From the NCBI GenBank assembly GCA_946965045.2, contig OX337231.1:1984001-2048000 (forward strand): a stretch of DNA of 64,000 bases. The letters are read 5' to 3'. This document shows positions 52,427 through 63,308 of this stretch, in pieces; position 1 is the first letter of the stretch; each line of letters starts with the position of its first letter. A program made the translations under genes and the position numbers. This DNA comes from Epithemia pelagica. Its lineage: Eukaryota > Protista > Bacillariophyta. A model generated the notes under the pieces. It did not search any database, was not told the DNA's origin, and worked only from the letters and a program-made list of their open reading frames with translations.

Positions 52427-54064
52427 CTAAAGTACAGTCTCTGGCCTATGGAGGCTTTTTGGTGCGGAACGTGGCCTCTTCTTCGAGCTCATTGAACGTG
52501 TTGGCACGCTTCGGTAGTCTTCAAGGTCAGTCACTACCAGTCGTTCCGGCTTCGCAATCTCTCCCGTCGGGACATAAAGCCAGTTTCGAAGGACTTCAGC
52601 ATCGAGGTGTTCAAAGCCATATTTATGGTAAAGTTTCTGTATAACCTTGCGACTATCGGCCGCAAAAGATGCACTGTCACACTCGATAGCAGTCGGTGCT
52701 CGTCCGAGTTGAAGCCCAAGGAACTTAATCGTGGCGTCGCCAAGCTCGGAAAGGAACACGGGCTTTGGCACGAGAACGCCCCATACATCTTGCAACAAGG
52801 CGTAGGCTTGGCTTTCTCGGATGAAACTTCTAAGTCCAATTGCGGTGGCCGTATCGAACTGCTTCAATGCATATTCCTGGCCTTCCCATCGAACACGAAA
52901 CACGGCTCCATTTCTTCCATACCCAATTGGGTCCATTATAACTAGGTCACCAACAGAAACAAATGGCAACCAGGAAGCAAGACGAAGGGTCTGACTACTG
53001 GTCGCTTCCGAAGGGACGTAATCTGATTCGTTGTCATTATGCTCATCAATTTCATTCACTGCCCGAGGCGGAGTTGAGGCGAGACCCCAATTTTCGGGGC
53101 ACGTGAATTGTCCATCTGTCGCTTTTTTCGCGAGACGCGCAAAATGGGCCCACGCCCGCAAATAGTTCTGTTCGCCAAGCAGATACGACCTGCTGACATA
53201 AACACGAGGCGTTGTATCAGTACGACTTGTATCGCAGACCCTTACAAAGTAGGTTCGTGTAGCACTGGTCAGTACTCCGAATCGAATGCTGTTGTTCTTC
53301 ATTTGCCGAAAAAGCTGTGCCAAAGGGTGGCATACGTGACACCATGTTGCACTCCGGAACCTTTGTGTCGTCATGGTCATGTATCCTTCGTTGTATGCAT
53401 CCGCAATTTCGGTGGCACCCAGGGGAAGCAGAAGATTCTGCGTAGATTTGCATTCGACAGGTGCAATCAAATTGCGCCGAACTGCACCATCAGCATCTGT
53501 ACCATTAATGTAGGAAAGGGCCCGATCCATGTCACCAATGGCATTCGTACTGGTGCGATGTTCCAAGTGAACATCCAAGTTATGCAAATAACGAAGCACA
53601 AGTACAAGGTACTGCATTTCGTCGGATTCAGTTATCACACGCTCAAATCCATTCAGAAGAAAAAAGGGCAACGGGGGGACCCTTGAAGGGGTCAAGCGCA
53701 AATCTCGATCTACTTGAAAGTTCTCGACGCCCGTTTCGAAATCAGCCCACGCGCTCAGCTGCGGAAAATAATAGCGGTTCCTCTGTCCACTCGCCGCGGT
53801 TCTCTGAGACGCACCATCAATTCCCATCAACGGAGGAGGCACTCGATGGTTCAAAACTTGGTCAACTGTTGTGCACTTTGGTGCGGCCATAGCCTCAAAC
53901 GTCGGCATTAGACTTGAGCGCAAATTATTCCAGGCTCTTCGCTCTTTTATTTCCTCCCTCGTCAGAGTCAGACGACTGGTCTCAATTGTCCTCGATCGGT
54001 CTTCATTCAAGACCTTTCCATTATTGGTGGCTGTGATAAATGCCGTTTCTGAGTATTCAGCCAT
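52427..54064 (-). CDS. Restriction-endonuclease-like plus protein-kinase-like fusion, copy 1
   Basis: ESD..GDMD..VECK..AQLFRQM..FGVLTS, then GYGRNG, ALK, HLDAEVLRN, TDLE. ATG at 54064. Confidence 0.75.
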   Translation of the reverse strand: MAEYSETAFITATNNGKVLNEDRSRTIETSRLTLTREEIKERRAWNNLRSSLMPTFEAMAAPKCTTVDQVLNHRVPPPLMGIDGASQRTAASGQRNRYYFPQLSAWADFETGVENFQVDRDLRLTPSRVPPLPFFLLNGFERVITESDEMQYLVLVLRYLHNLDVHLEHRTSTNAIGDMDRALSYINGTDADGAVRRNLIAPVECKSTQNLLLPLGATEIADAYNEGYMTMTTQRFRSATWCHVCHPLAQLFRQMKNNSIRFGVLTSATRTYFVRVCDTSRTDTTPRVYVSRSYLLGEQNYLRAWAHFARLAKKATDGQFTCPENWGLASTPPRAVNEIDEHNDNESDYVPSEATSSQTLRLASWLPFVSVGDLVIMDPIGYGRNGAVFRVRWEGQEYALKQFDTATAIGLRSFIRESQAYALLQDVWGVLVPKPVFLSELGDATIKFLGLQLGRAPTAIECDSASFAADSRKVIQKLYHKYGFEHLDAEVLRNWLYVPTGEIAKPERLVVTDLEDYRSVPTRSMSSKKRPRSAPKSLHRPETVL

Positions 54065-54422
54065 GGTGGTAGCAGCCTCCTCGTTGCAATTGTACCTATG
54101 AAGACCTAGCGAGTCAAGTACTATTCTCTCCTTAGTTATTAAGCAAAAAGTCGACACTCTAAACGGCCACCCTGCTGTTCAGCTCCGCTACTACTCCCCA
54201 GTGGGGGTGGCTTTGAGGGTGTGATTTCGATTTCGTTGAAACACCCCCGCTGGGGACTAGTACGCTGCTGGGAGAAAAGTGCCTTATCCCCAGCGCGGGC
54301 GAGTATTTTACGGCAAATTGATAATTCCTCCACGAAATTTCCACCTCCGCTGGGACGTAATACGTGTCTGTGCCTTTTCTTTTTAACTTTCACAGAAAAA
54401 TTGGAACAGGCGAACAGCGACC

Positions 54423-55931
54423 ATGAATTCCAACGAGGTCGAAGGTTCAATCATTAGAAGCATAGAAGGGAAACAAGTCATTGATATAAATAAATTTGAT
54501 GCGGAACATTCGCTGGATGACCTGGCAAGAGTCCTGTCGGAACACGAGTCCCTGGACAAGTTGTGCATCATGGGGGATGAATTGGACAGGAGACCCATCA
54601 GCCACGCCGAGATTGGTCGTTTGATGGAGGCCATTGAAGGACATTCAAACTTGACGAAAATGTCCCTCCCGCGTTGTTGGGCCTCAACCGAAACGGACAC
54701 GAGAATGATCCGGCATTTCTCGGATAGCCCCAAATTGGTGCTCCTGAACCTACAACTAGGGTTTATTTTGTCGAGATCCGGCATGCCCTCTCCTGGCATC
54801 CGTTTGGATTTGTATGAACGAGACAATGTCACCATTCGGTTGGAGGTGTTCCAAGAACTTACGAAAATGCCCAATCTCATGTCCTTAAAAATACCCACTC
54901 CTCTCATGTCCTCAGAGGGACACCGCACTACCCTTCGCACATTGATCAATTTAACGAACGACCCAATGTGCAATATTTCGCAGATGTCCTTTGCCACAAA
55001 ACTGAGTCGCCAAGATCTTGAAAATTTGAGCAACTACGAGAAGTTGACGGAACTATCCATGGCATATGTCAATGCTGATCAATTACGTTTCTTGTTCCCC
55101 TTGAGTCAGCTGGAGAAAGTAACATTTCATTGTATCACTTCAACGGGTATTGTTCCCAGGGATCAGACATCCCACATCTTGAATGGATTGGCAGACTTTT
55201 TGATTGCACAACCAAAGTTAAAAATCTTACGGCTCGCGGAATATGTCGTTAATTCTGACGAGGACCCATTTGCACTGCACGAGTCTACTGAATCCGCAAT
55301 CCCTCACCTCACCCAAGCGGTGAAAACCCATGAATCCTTGCATTCGCTGAAGTTGCATCCCCCATTTGAAATTGGAAAGCAAGTGTCGCATGCAATTTAT
55401 GTGGCATTATCAGCGGCATTGCCTCACAATAGCAGGGTCAAGAAACTGGACCTTAGTCTTCGTCCCTGGGATTTGAAGGCGCGGCCTGATCTGTTACCAG
55501 CAGGCGTACACCTCCAGGAGTTGTTGCTTGATCTGAATCGCATGGACATGGACCAGGTGAAAGATATCGCATCATGGGTGGACAAAAATATGAGTATAAT
55601 CAGAATTACGCGCAATGATTTAGAGTGTTCTCTTTTGCACCGCCCTCCTCGTACGCGCCGCTATCCTCGTCCTTTGACTGAAGCTTTGACTAAAGAGTAC
55701 AATCAAATTCGCAAGGTCCTGACCCGAAACAAGCTTGCGCAACATGTCAACAATGCAACTTATGCACATCCGGCCATCTCCATCACTGTTTGGCCACAGT
55801 TGTTGGCCAAACTTGGATCGAATGGACACGAGGGCACTCCTGTCTTTGTGTTCCTCCGAAACAACACGACGCCCATCGGGACATTCAGGGGGCCGAATTT
55901 GAGAAGAGATTCCACTAGCAGATTTAAGTAA
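54423..55931 (+). CDS. LRR/RNI-like protein, copy 2
   Basis: Paralog of 49244-50758. 502 aa. Confidence 0.7.
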   Translation: MNSNEVEGSIIRSIEGKQVIDINKFDAEHSLDDLARVLSEHESLDKLCIMGDELDRRPISHAEIGRLMEAIEGHSNLTKMSLPRCWASTETDTRMIRHFSDSPKLVLLNLQLGFILSRSGMPSPGIRLDLYERDNVTIRLEVFQELTKMPNLMSLKIPTPLMSSEGHRTTLRTLINLTNDPMCNISQMSFATKLSRQDLENLSNYEKLTELSMAYVNADQLRFLFPLSQLEKVTFHCITSTGIVPRDQTSHILNGLADFLIAQPKLKILRLAEYVVNSDEDPFALHESTESAIPHLTQAVKTHESLHSLKLHPPFEIGKQVSHAIYVALSAALPHNSRVKKLDLSLRPWDLKARPDLLPAGVHLQELLLDLNRMDMDQVKDIASWVDKNMSIIRITRNDLECSLLHRPPRTRRYPRPLTEALTKEYNQIRKVLTRNKLAQHVNNATYAHPAISITVWPQLLAKLGSNGHEGTPVFVFLRNNTTPIGTFRGPNLRRDSTSRFK

Positions 55932-57367
55932 CGTGCCAAGAACATCGCTTCCCATTTATGAGACAGCGTGTACAAGAAGCCAACAAGGACAACAAGACGT
56001 CCAAACTTGACAAAGAGGAGAACAACGTCGTACGGATGAAGGTTTTGTTTGAATTGTGAATTCCGACCACTCCTTGACGATTACCAGACAGAAGGCTTCA
56101 GGACTGTGCTCAAACAGATAACAGTTCTATATTATTTGTTGTTCTAGGCCAACTTACTCCTACCATAGTGTTCATCCATCAATGCTTTTGGGTCCTTTGG
56201 AGCTATGGCTGTAGCTATGACACAGCATGAAAAAATGTGGAAGCTTGAAAAAGGACCCAACACTTCAGCGAATCCGACACAACTTGCACCCAGCATGGTC
56301 AACAACCAAGACAAAGGAGTAGAGGAGCAATCCAGTGCCCAATTTATCACCTCAAGTATGACCATGGCTGGTGGATCTGACGACAGCGACAATATTTCCG
56401 ATGAAATGGGAACGTCATGGTCGCATCGAATGCTCCAAGTCTGACCAAGAGCGAAGTCGCGCCCATGACGAGGAGCGCAGCAGTCAAGATCGAAGTTCGG
56501 AACACAGTTCTACTCCTTTGCGCATGCGATTGGAGTAGTGAAGAATTGATCATCGGAAAGGGTCGTATCGCCCTTCCAAGTCTTTGCCCAAGGATTTCAA
56601 AGAAGGAGCCCGCTTGCACGTACTGGAAAAAAGCCATCCTGTCTGTTGAGTGTTGTGGAGTCTCGACAGAGACATTTCTGTCTGCCAATGACACCATTGT
56701 GGCTGCTCCCCGATCCTGCTGCTGATTGCCATCCCTCTCTTGAAACGACGACAACAAGAAGTCCTCCACCGGCATCGACCAATTGCCGTTGCACCATTAT
56801 CAATCAAAAAACGACCCGAAAACTCTCTTGTCACAGCAAGAATCGAACGGATTGATGCGAACTATTTGCTGCAATCCTCTTTAACAACAAGAAGCACCCA
56901 GAAGAGCCATTGGACTCATTGGTCTGTCGATACTGATGGAGGATTGTCGTCCCGAGAAAGAAAAGTTGATTGCGAAGCATGTAATCCTCGAAGGGTGTTT
57001 CTTACATTGTATCTCCGATTGCAGCTCGAGGTACGATTTACAGCTTGTTGCGATGGAAGTTGTCGTTGAGTGTACTGTTGTTTTGTCCAGTGTGACAACG
57101 ACAAAAGCGGTTTGGTTCTTGTAATTGTTCCGTTGTTCCATCGACTTGATTTCGTTGCGGGTCATCTTATGGCCATTTGATGATAGGCTGCAGTGACCAG
57201 CATTGAGTAGTCGAACATATAGGGAAGAAGGAGTACTTCCCGTCTAACGCGCCGTGCGCGGTGCATCACCAGCTTTTCTCTCGAACTGAGTGGTCTAATC
57301 CGGTTGCGTAGGTCCAAACAAGCAATATCCTGAAAGTACCCGATTCTTTTTGCACCTGAAAAGTGAT

Positions 57368-59059
57368 CTAAAGTACAGTCTCTGGCCTATGGAGGCTTTT
57401 TGGTGCGGAACGTGGCCTCTTCTTCGAGCTCATTGAACGTGTTGGCACGCTTCGGTAGTCTTCAAGGTCAGTCACTACCAGTCGTTCCGGCTTCGCAATC
57501 TCTCCCGTCGGGACATAAAGCCAGTTTCGAAGGACTTCAGCATCGAGGTGTTCAAAGCCATATTTATGGTAAAGTTTCTGTATAACCTTGCGACTATCGG
57601 CCGCAAAAGATGTACTGTCACACTCGATAGCAGTCGGTGCTCGTCCGAGCTGAAGCCCAAGAAACTTAATCGTGGCGTCGCCAAGCTCGGAAAGGAACAT
57701 GGGCTTTGGCACGAGAACGCCCCATACATCTTGCAACAAGGCGTAGGCTTGGCTTTCTCGGATGAAACTTCTAAGTCCAATTGCGGTGGCCGTATCGAAC
57801 TGCTTCAATGCATATTCCTGGCCTTTCCATCGGACACGAAACACGGCTCCATTTCTTCCATACCCGATTGGGTCCATTATAACTAGGTCACCAACAGAAA
57901 CAAATGGCAACCAGGAAGCAAGACGAAGGGTCTGACTACTGGTCGCTTCCGAAGGGACGTAATCTGATTCACTGGTATTTGCATCTTGACTGTCCCCATT
58001 GGAAGTCTCGTTTTCGTTATTCTCGTTGTCATTATGCTCATCAATTTCATTCACTGCCCGAGGCGGAGTTGAGGCGAGACCCCAATTTTCGGGGCACGTG
58101 AATTGTCCATCTGCCGCAGTTCTCGCGAGATGCGCAAAATGGGCCCACGCCCGCAAATAGTTCTGTTCGCCAAGCAGATACGACCTGCTGACATAAACAC
58201 GAGGCGTTGTATCAGTACGACTTGTATCGCAGACCCTTACAAAGTAGGTTCGTGTAGCACTGGTCAGTACTCCGAATCGAATGCTGTTGTTCTTCATTTG
58301 CCGAAAAAGCTGTGCCAAAGGGTGGCATACGTGACACCATGTTGCACTCCGGAACCTTTGTGTCGTCATGGTCATGTATCCTTCGTTGTATGCATCCGCA
58401 ATTTCGGTGGCACCCAGGGGAAGCAGAAGATTCTGCGTAGATTTGCATTCGACAGGTGCAATCAAATTGCGCCGAACTGCACCATCAGCATCTGTACCAT
58501 TAATGTAGGAAAGGGCCCGATCCATGTCACCAATGGCATTCGTACTGGTGCGATGTTCCAAGTGAACATCCAAGTTATGCAAATAACGAAGCACAAGTAC
58601 AAGGTACTGCATTTCGTCGGATTCAGTTATCACACGCTCAAATCCATTCAGAAGAAAAAAGGGCAACGGGGGGACCCTTGAAGGGGTCAAGCGCAAATCT
58701 CGATCTACTTGAAAGTTCTCGACGCCCGTTTCGAAATCAGCCCACGCGCTCAGCTGCGGAAAATAATAGCGGTTCCTTTGTCCACTCGCCGCGGTTCTCT
58801 GAGACGCATCGTCAATTCCCATCAAAGGAGGAGGCACCCGATAATTCAAAACTTGGTCAACTGTTGTGCACTTTGGTGCGGCCATAGCCTCAAACGTCGG
58901 CATTAGACTTGAGCGCAAATTATTCCAGGCTCTTCGCTCTTCTATTTCCTCCCTCGTCAGAGTCAGACGACTGGTCTCAATTGTCCTCGATCGGTCTTCA
59001 TTCAAGACCTTTCCATTATTGGTGGCTGTGATAAATGCCGTTTCTGAGTATTCAGCCAT
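57368..59059 (-). CDS. Restriction-endonuclease-like plus kinase-like fusion, copy 2
   Basis: Paralog of copy 1 with an extra 18-aa linker (ENNENETSNGDSQDANTS). Confidence 0.75.
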   Translation of the reverse strand: MAEYSETAFITATNNGKVLNEDRSRTIETSRLTLTREEIEERRAWNNLRSSLMPTFEAMAAPKCTTVDQVLNYRVPPPLMGIDDASQRTAASGQRNRYYFPQLSAWADFETGVENFQVDRDLRLTPSRVPPLPFFLLNGFERVITESDEMQYLVLVLRYLHNLDVHLEHRTSTNAIGDMDRALSYINGTDADGAVRRNLIAPVECKSTQNLLLPLGATEIADAYNEGYMTMTTQRFRSATWCHVCHPLAQLFRQMKNNSIRFGVLTSATRTYFVRVCDTSRTDTTPRVYVSRSYLLGEQNYLRAWAHFAHLARTAADGQFTCPENWGLASTPPRAVNEIDEHNDNENNENETSNGDSQDANTSESDYVPSEATSSQTLRLASWLPFVSVGDLVIMDPIGYGRNGAVFRVRWKGQEYALKQFDTATAIGLRSFIRESQAYALLQDVWGVLVPKPMFLSELGDATIKFLGLQLGRAPTAIECDSTSFAADSRKVIQKLYHKYGFEHLDAEVLRNWLYVPTGEIAKPERLVVTDLEDYRSVPTRSMSSKKRPRSAPKSLHRPETVL

Positions 59060-59362
59060 GGTGGTAGCAGCCTCCTCGTTGCAATTGTACCTTTGAAGAC
59101 CTAGCGAGTCAAGTACTATTCTCTCCTTAGTTATTAACCCTTTCAGCCCGGCATACCCCATTTTCTGACAAATATGTCAGTCATTTTGATTTTAAGATGA
59201 CCGTACCACTCACTTAACATAAATCTTGCGTATCTCTATGGGTATATCAAACCACGTCATTCCACGTTGGTATAATCTATAGGGACAAACAACCCAAGAC
59301 TCGTCCCCTTTTTGTTCGTTTGCATTCATCCACCTCGTCCTCATCCCTTGCCTCTGGACACC

Positions 59363-60148
59363 ATGGAGTCCCCTACAGAGCGGCAACCGTCCAAGCGCTT
59401 TAAACACAACACACCACAATCTGAAGCAAAATGTTTGTTCATAGAAGATGAAGACGAACAAGTTTTCAAGAAGGAATGCAAGGCGGCCTCTTCTCCGTTG
59501 TTCCTTAGCCCTCTGGGCAACAAATTGGTTATTGCTGCAGAAGCGAAAGGAGAACCAATTGATTTGCTCGAAATCAACAAGAAAGTTATTGAACACGACG
59601 TTCAACAAATGATTGATGAAGACAACAAGGTGCTCGATGTGGATTCCAGCAAGACTACCACTCAAGAAAGCGATGCCAAACCGGCTTCTGCAGGCCAGAC
59701 TATTACCGCACAGAAGAAGAAGAAAGACAAAAAAGCAGAGAAGAAAGGTGATGTGAAGACCGAGATCGAAGCAGCTCCATTTATTCCGCACAATGCAGAC
59801 GAGATCTGTGACGAATGTGGACTCAGTCCCTGCGAAGCAGAAACATACAAGGTTCTCCTACAGAAGGCAGGGGATGAAATGTCAAAGAAAAACAACCATC
59901 ATAACAGGGCTACTCGCCACCACTTGTACAAGCTATACACCGCTACCAAGTATGGCAAACTCGGGCGATCACATCGCGTTCGGATTCCAGAATGCGTGGA
60001 AGAATCTATTCATGATATGTTCCCTGATCCAAACAACGAGTATACTGGATTTCGACATTCTATTGGAGAATTGCAAGGCGACGACTACGACCGCTTGATG
60101 GTAGATGAACAACCAGCCAACTACTCTGATTCTTCAGACGACGAATAA
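59363..60148 (+). CDS. piggyBac passenger protein, P2X7-ballast/KolX-like (copy 2)
   Basis: About 6 aa differences from copy 1. Frame intact. Confidence 0.7.
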   Translation: MESPTERQPSKRFKHNTPQSEAKCLFIEDEDEQVFKKECKAASSPLFLSPLGNKLVIAAEAKGEPIDLLEINKKVIEHDVQQMIDEDNKVLDVDSSKTTTQESDAKPASAGQTITAQKKKKDKKAEKKGDVKTEIEAAPFIPHNADEICDECGLSPCEAETYKVLLQKAGDEMSKKNNHHNRATRHHLYKLYTATKYGKLGRSHRVRIPECVEESIHDMFPDPNNEYTGFRHSIGELQGDDYDRLMVDEQPANYSDSSDDE

Positions 60149-60303
60149 GGTAACCATATTTACTATAAAATGACTTCTCATCTTCTTTTTAGATGTAAAA
60201 ACTCGTACGACATGGATTTTTTTTAGAACTTGCTGCAATACATGAATGTAGTGCTCATTGGTGCTGATGTAGTGCTCGTGGATGCTTTTGCAGCTTTGGT
60301 CAT

Positions 60304-62661
60304 CTATCCGAATTTTCGGACTTGGTTTTCCTTGGCACAAATTCCCTTCTGTGCTTTCTCCTTCTGTTTCTCGGTTGGAGTGTCATATCCTTCCACATTC
60401 CAGTCTAAGACGTGGGGGTTTTCCGAATGGTACTCGTCCAAGCGATCATGAATCTTCTTACATTCATCATTGTAGTTCTTTATATTGTAATAGTTGTGAT
60501 ACAGGCTGAAACACTCCGGATGGAAGCATTTCTGGCACTGCACACAACCATAAACTGTCAACGGGTTGGCCGTTGCAGTATCGCCCATGATCCGGCAAAG
60601 GTGACAGACGCCACGATGTTTGGATCCCTTCTTACTGTTCTTGTCAGGATTGACCGTGAAAATGTGATGATGCAATGCAGACTCGTACTTGATGAGGTTT
60701 TTTGCTGCGTTTGCTGTCTCATCATCGTCCCCTTCAACAGATCCCAAACTTGATCCACCTGCCCTTGACCGGACAGCGGAAGCCGGCACAGAGCCACTAC
60801 TCGGTGGCGTTCCCTTCTTACGACCTGATTTCGGTGTTCTTTTGCCCTGTTGGTATAGTTCTGCATAGGGAGAGCAAAGAGCGCAGGCAAGTTGGCGCTT
60901 GAACTCGCGAAGTTTCATTACATTTGACTGTTTCCCATCGTTACCCTCCTCGACTTCAATGAGCTTCATTTGGTGCAGCTTGAGATATACTTGAAAGGCA
61001 TTCAGGATACAGAGATCCTGAAGGAAGTGCCATACTTGGAGCGATAACTGATATTCTTTTCTGCGACATGCATTGGTGGCTCTCATTTGATCTGCACGAT
61101 CTACACCGTTCATGAACAGGTTGTAGGCCACAACCGGTGCTGGTGCTTTGAATGCATGTCGGATGTGCATTGAATGACCAATCCATCGCCAGAGGGTTGC
61201 CAACCCATGCACCTTCTCCACAGCTTCCTCATCATTGTCATACAGCAACGTTTTGGACGGAGTTCCAAAAAGATCGTTTGTGTAGAAGACAACTGGTTTT
61301 TTGTCTAAGTAGACAATGTATCCACAACAATCTGCCGCTATGGCATATTCCTTCTCGATCTCCACTATATCTGACACCTCAAAGCCAACTTTCATGCGTG
61401 GCAATGTCTTGGAGTACTCTTTTTGTTTTTCCTTTTGCTTTTGCTTTTCCTTTTCAGGATGCACAACGGCGTTGAATGCCTTCACTAACACCCAGGAACC
61501 ACGAGGCTTTCCATCCAGATACTTCATTGCCTTCGTCACATTCGTTTTGTTGATCTTGTCAACCAGATTTAGGCGTACAGTGCCTGTAATCTTGATGTTC
61601 CCATCGGTAAACTCATCAATCGCTTGTCCCAAAGAGTGCCTTGTGTAAAAATTATCCATGTACACAATGGTAGGTGGGATCTTCTCTCTGGGACGAGTGG
61701 ACTTGGCAGAGACGAGTGCACGATACAATAAGCCAAGCATGAGAACCCACAACATACTTGCAGAATCAACTGCCACAGGACAAGCATTTCTGATACGAGA
61801 TTTTGTTGCTTGACAAAGTTGGTTGAAGGAACAAGTCAGTTCGCCAAACAACTTCAAAAACTGTTCTGCAGGCGTTTGATTGACTGTGTTGCCGGAACCA
61901 TTGTCCCAAAGGCCAAAGGTGTAGGTATAAGTCCATCCCACCACAGCGTAATATCGAATGGCAAACTTGTCGGGCTTCGAAGGGATGTATGTCGAAGCCC
62001 TGGTCCTGGCTTTGGTCGGGCAACTTGCTTCGTCGAGAGCAATAGGACCAATGGGTTGAGCAACTGAAGCAAAGTTACGAAGAATATGGCTCTTTGCAGC
62101 TCTCATTGACCACAGAGGGTCGTCAGGATTCTTTGCCATCGACTGAGAGTATATGCGAAGAGAACCACGAATGGCTACAAAGGTATCTCTCGACATGGTA
62201 GAAGAGAAAGCAGAAGAGCCCAAGAACATCTTTTGACTCCACAACTCCTTCATTTGTGTAGAGTTACAGAGCGACATTGCAATGTCCAATCCCAACACAC
62301 ACCGAAGAGCTTTTGTGGTGAGTACAATTTTGGCTCTCTGTCCACTCTGCTTCTCTTCCAAGGCCTGTTTCGTTGCTTTGAAGATGAACCGATCGATGAA
62401 CCGAGGAGGGATAAAGAGGAGGAATAGTCCCAATGGACCAGACTCCAAGAAGGCTTGTTGGCATGCCTTTGGATCATGTAGGTGAAGATCTGAGGAGGCG
62501 ATTTGGTTGTCGATGTATTGGTTCTCGCTTCGGTTCTTGGAAATATCCCCCAATTTGACCTTGCCATCACGGTGCAGACTTGTAATTTCGTCATCGTCCT
62601 CTTCATTAGCATCGTCATTGTCATAGTTGAGCCGGACAGCGGCGTCAGAGGTACTTTCCAT
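60304..62661 (-). CDS. piggyBac transposase (copy 2)
   Basis: About 10 aa differences from copy 1. DDD triad and Cys-rich domain intact. Confidence 0.93.
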   Translation of the reverse strand: MESTSDAAVRLNYDNDDANEEDDDEITSLHRDGKVKLGDISKNRSENQYIDNQIASSDLHLHDPKACQQAFLESGPLGLFLLFIPPRFIDRFIFKATKQALEEKQSGQRAKIVLTTKALRCVLGLDIAMSLCNSTQMKELWSQKMFLGSSAFSSTMSRDTFVAIRGSLRIYSQSMAKNPDDPLWSMRAAKSHILRNFASVAQPIGPIALDEASCPTKARTRASTYIPSKPDKFAIRYYAVVGWTYTYTFGLWDNGSGNTVNQTPAEQFLKLFGELTCSFNQLCQATKSRIRNACPVAVDSASMLWVLMLGLLYRALVSAKSTRPREKIPPTIVYMDNFYTRHSLGQAIDEFTDGNIKITGTVRLNLVDKINKTNVTKAMKYLDGKPRGSWVLVKAFNAVVHPEKEKQKQKEKQKEYSKTLPRMKVGFEVSDIVEIEKEYAIAADCCGYIVYLDKKPVVFYTNDLFGTPSKTLLYDNDEEAVEKVHGLATLWRWIGHSMHIRHAFKAPAPVVAYNLFMNGVDRADQMRATNACRRKEYQLSLQVWHFLQDLCILNAFQVYLKLHQMKLIEVEEGNDGKQSNVMKLREFKRQLACALCSPYAELYQQGKRTPKSGRKKGTPPSSGSVPASAVRSRAGGSSLGSVEGDDDETANAAKNLIKYESALHHHIFTVNPDKNSKKGSKHRGVCHLCRIMGDTATANPLTVYGCVQCQKCFHPECFSLYHNYYNIKNYNDECKKIHDRLDEYHSENPHVLDWNVEGYDTPTEKQKEKAQKGICAKENQVRKFG

Positions 62662-63308
62662 GGTTGAAAGAGACGATGGAGGTGCCTGGGTACAAAAATG
62701 AGTGGTGTGAAATTTCAGAAAAAACAGCAAAACTCAACAAGTAACTGGCAGATCATGATGGTCCGACCACCCATCGATAGAACACACTAAGACGCATCTA
62801 TGGTAACAAACAGTACTCCGATAACAGAGAAGTCATTGACATATGATCGTTGCAAAATCTCAATTTTGGCAATTGATGATATTGTCATCATTTTTTGAAT
62901 CACGAGTTGTTGGTCATAACTCACGTGGTGTTTTGTTAAATGGATTGCAATTTTGTTAACTATTTTTGATGACAAATTTGTCAGTGACCGGGCCAAAAAA
63001 AGTGCCGGGCAGTTTTGCTTTTTATTAAGCAAAAAGTCGACACTCTAAACGGCCACCCTGCTGTTCAGCTCCTCTACTACTCCCCAGTGGGGGTGGCTTT
63101 GAGGGTGTGATTTCGATTTCGTTGAAACACCCCCGCTGGGGACTAGTACGCTGCTGGGAGAAAAGTGCCTTATCCCCAGCGCGGGCGAGTATTTTACGGC
63201 AAATTGATAATTCCTCCACGAAATTTCCACCTCCGCTGGGACGTAATACTTGTCTGTGCCTTTTCTTTTTAACTTTCACAGAAAAATTGGAACAGGCGAA
63301 CAGCGACC

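Larger units (their letters stand above)
59138..63024. mobile_element. piggyBac-family transposon copy 2 in a TTAA site; right terminus damaged
   Basis: TTAA at 59134-59137 and 63025-63028. Empty site visible at 54143. Right end TGCCGGGC lacks the expected TGAAAGGG. Confidence 0.93.
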
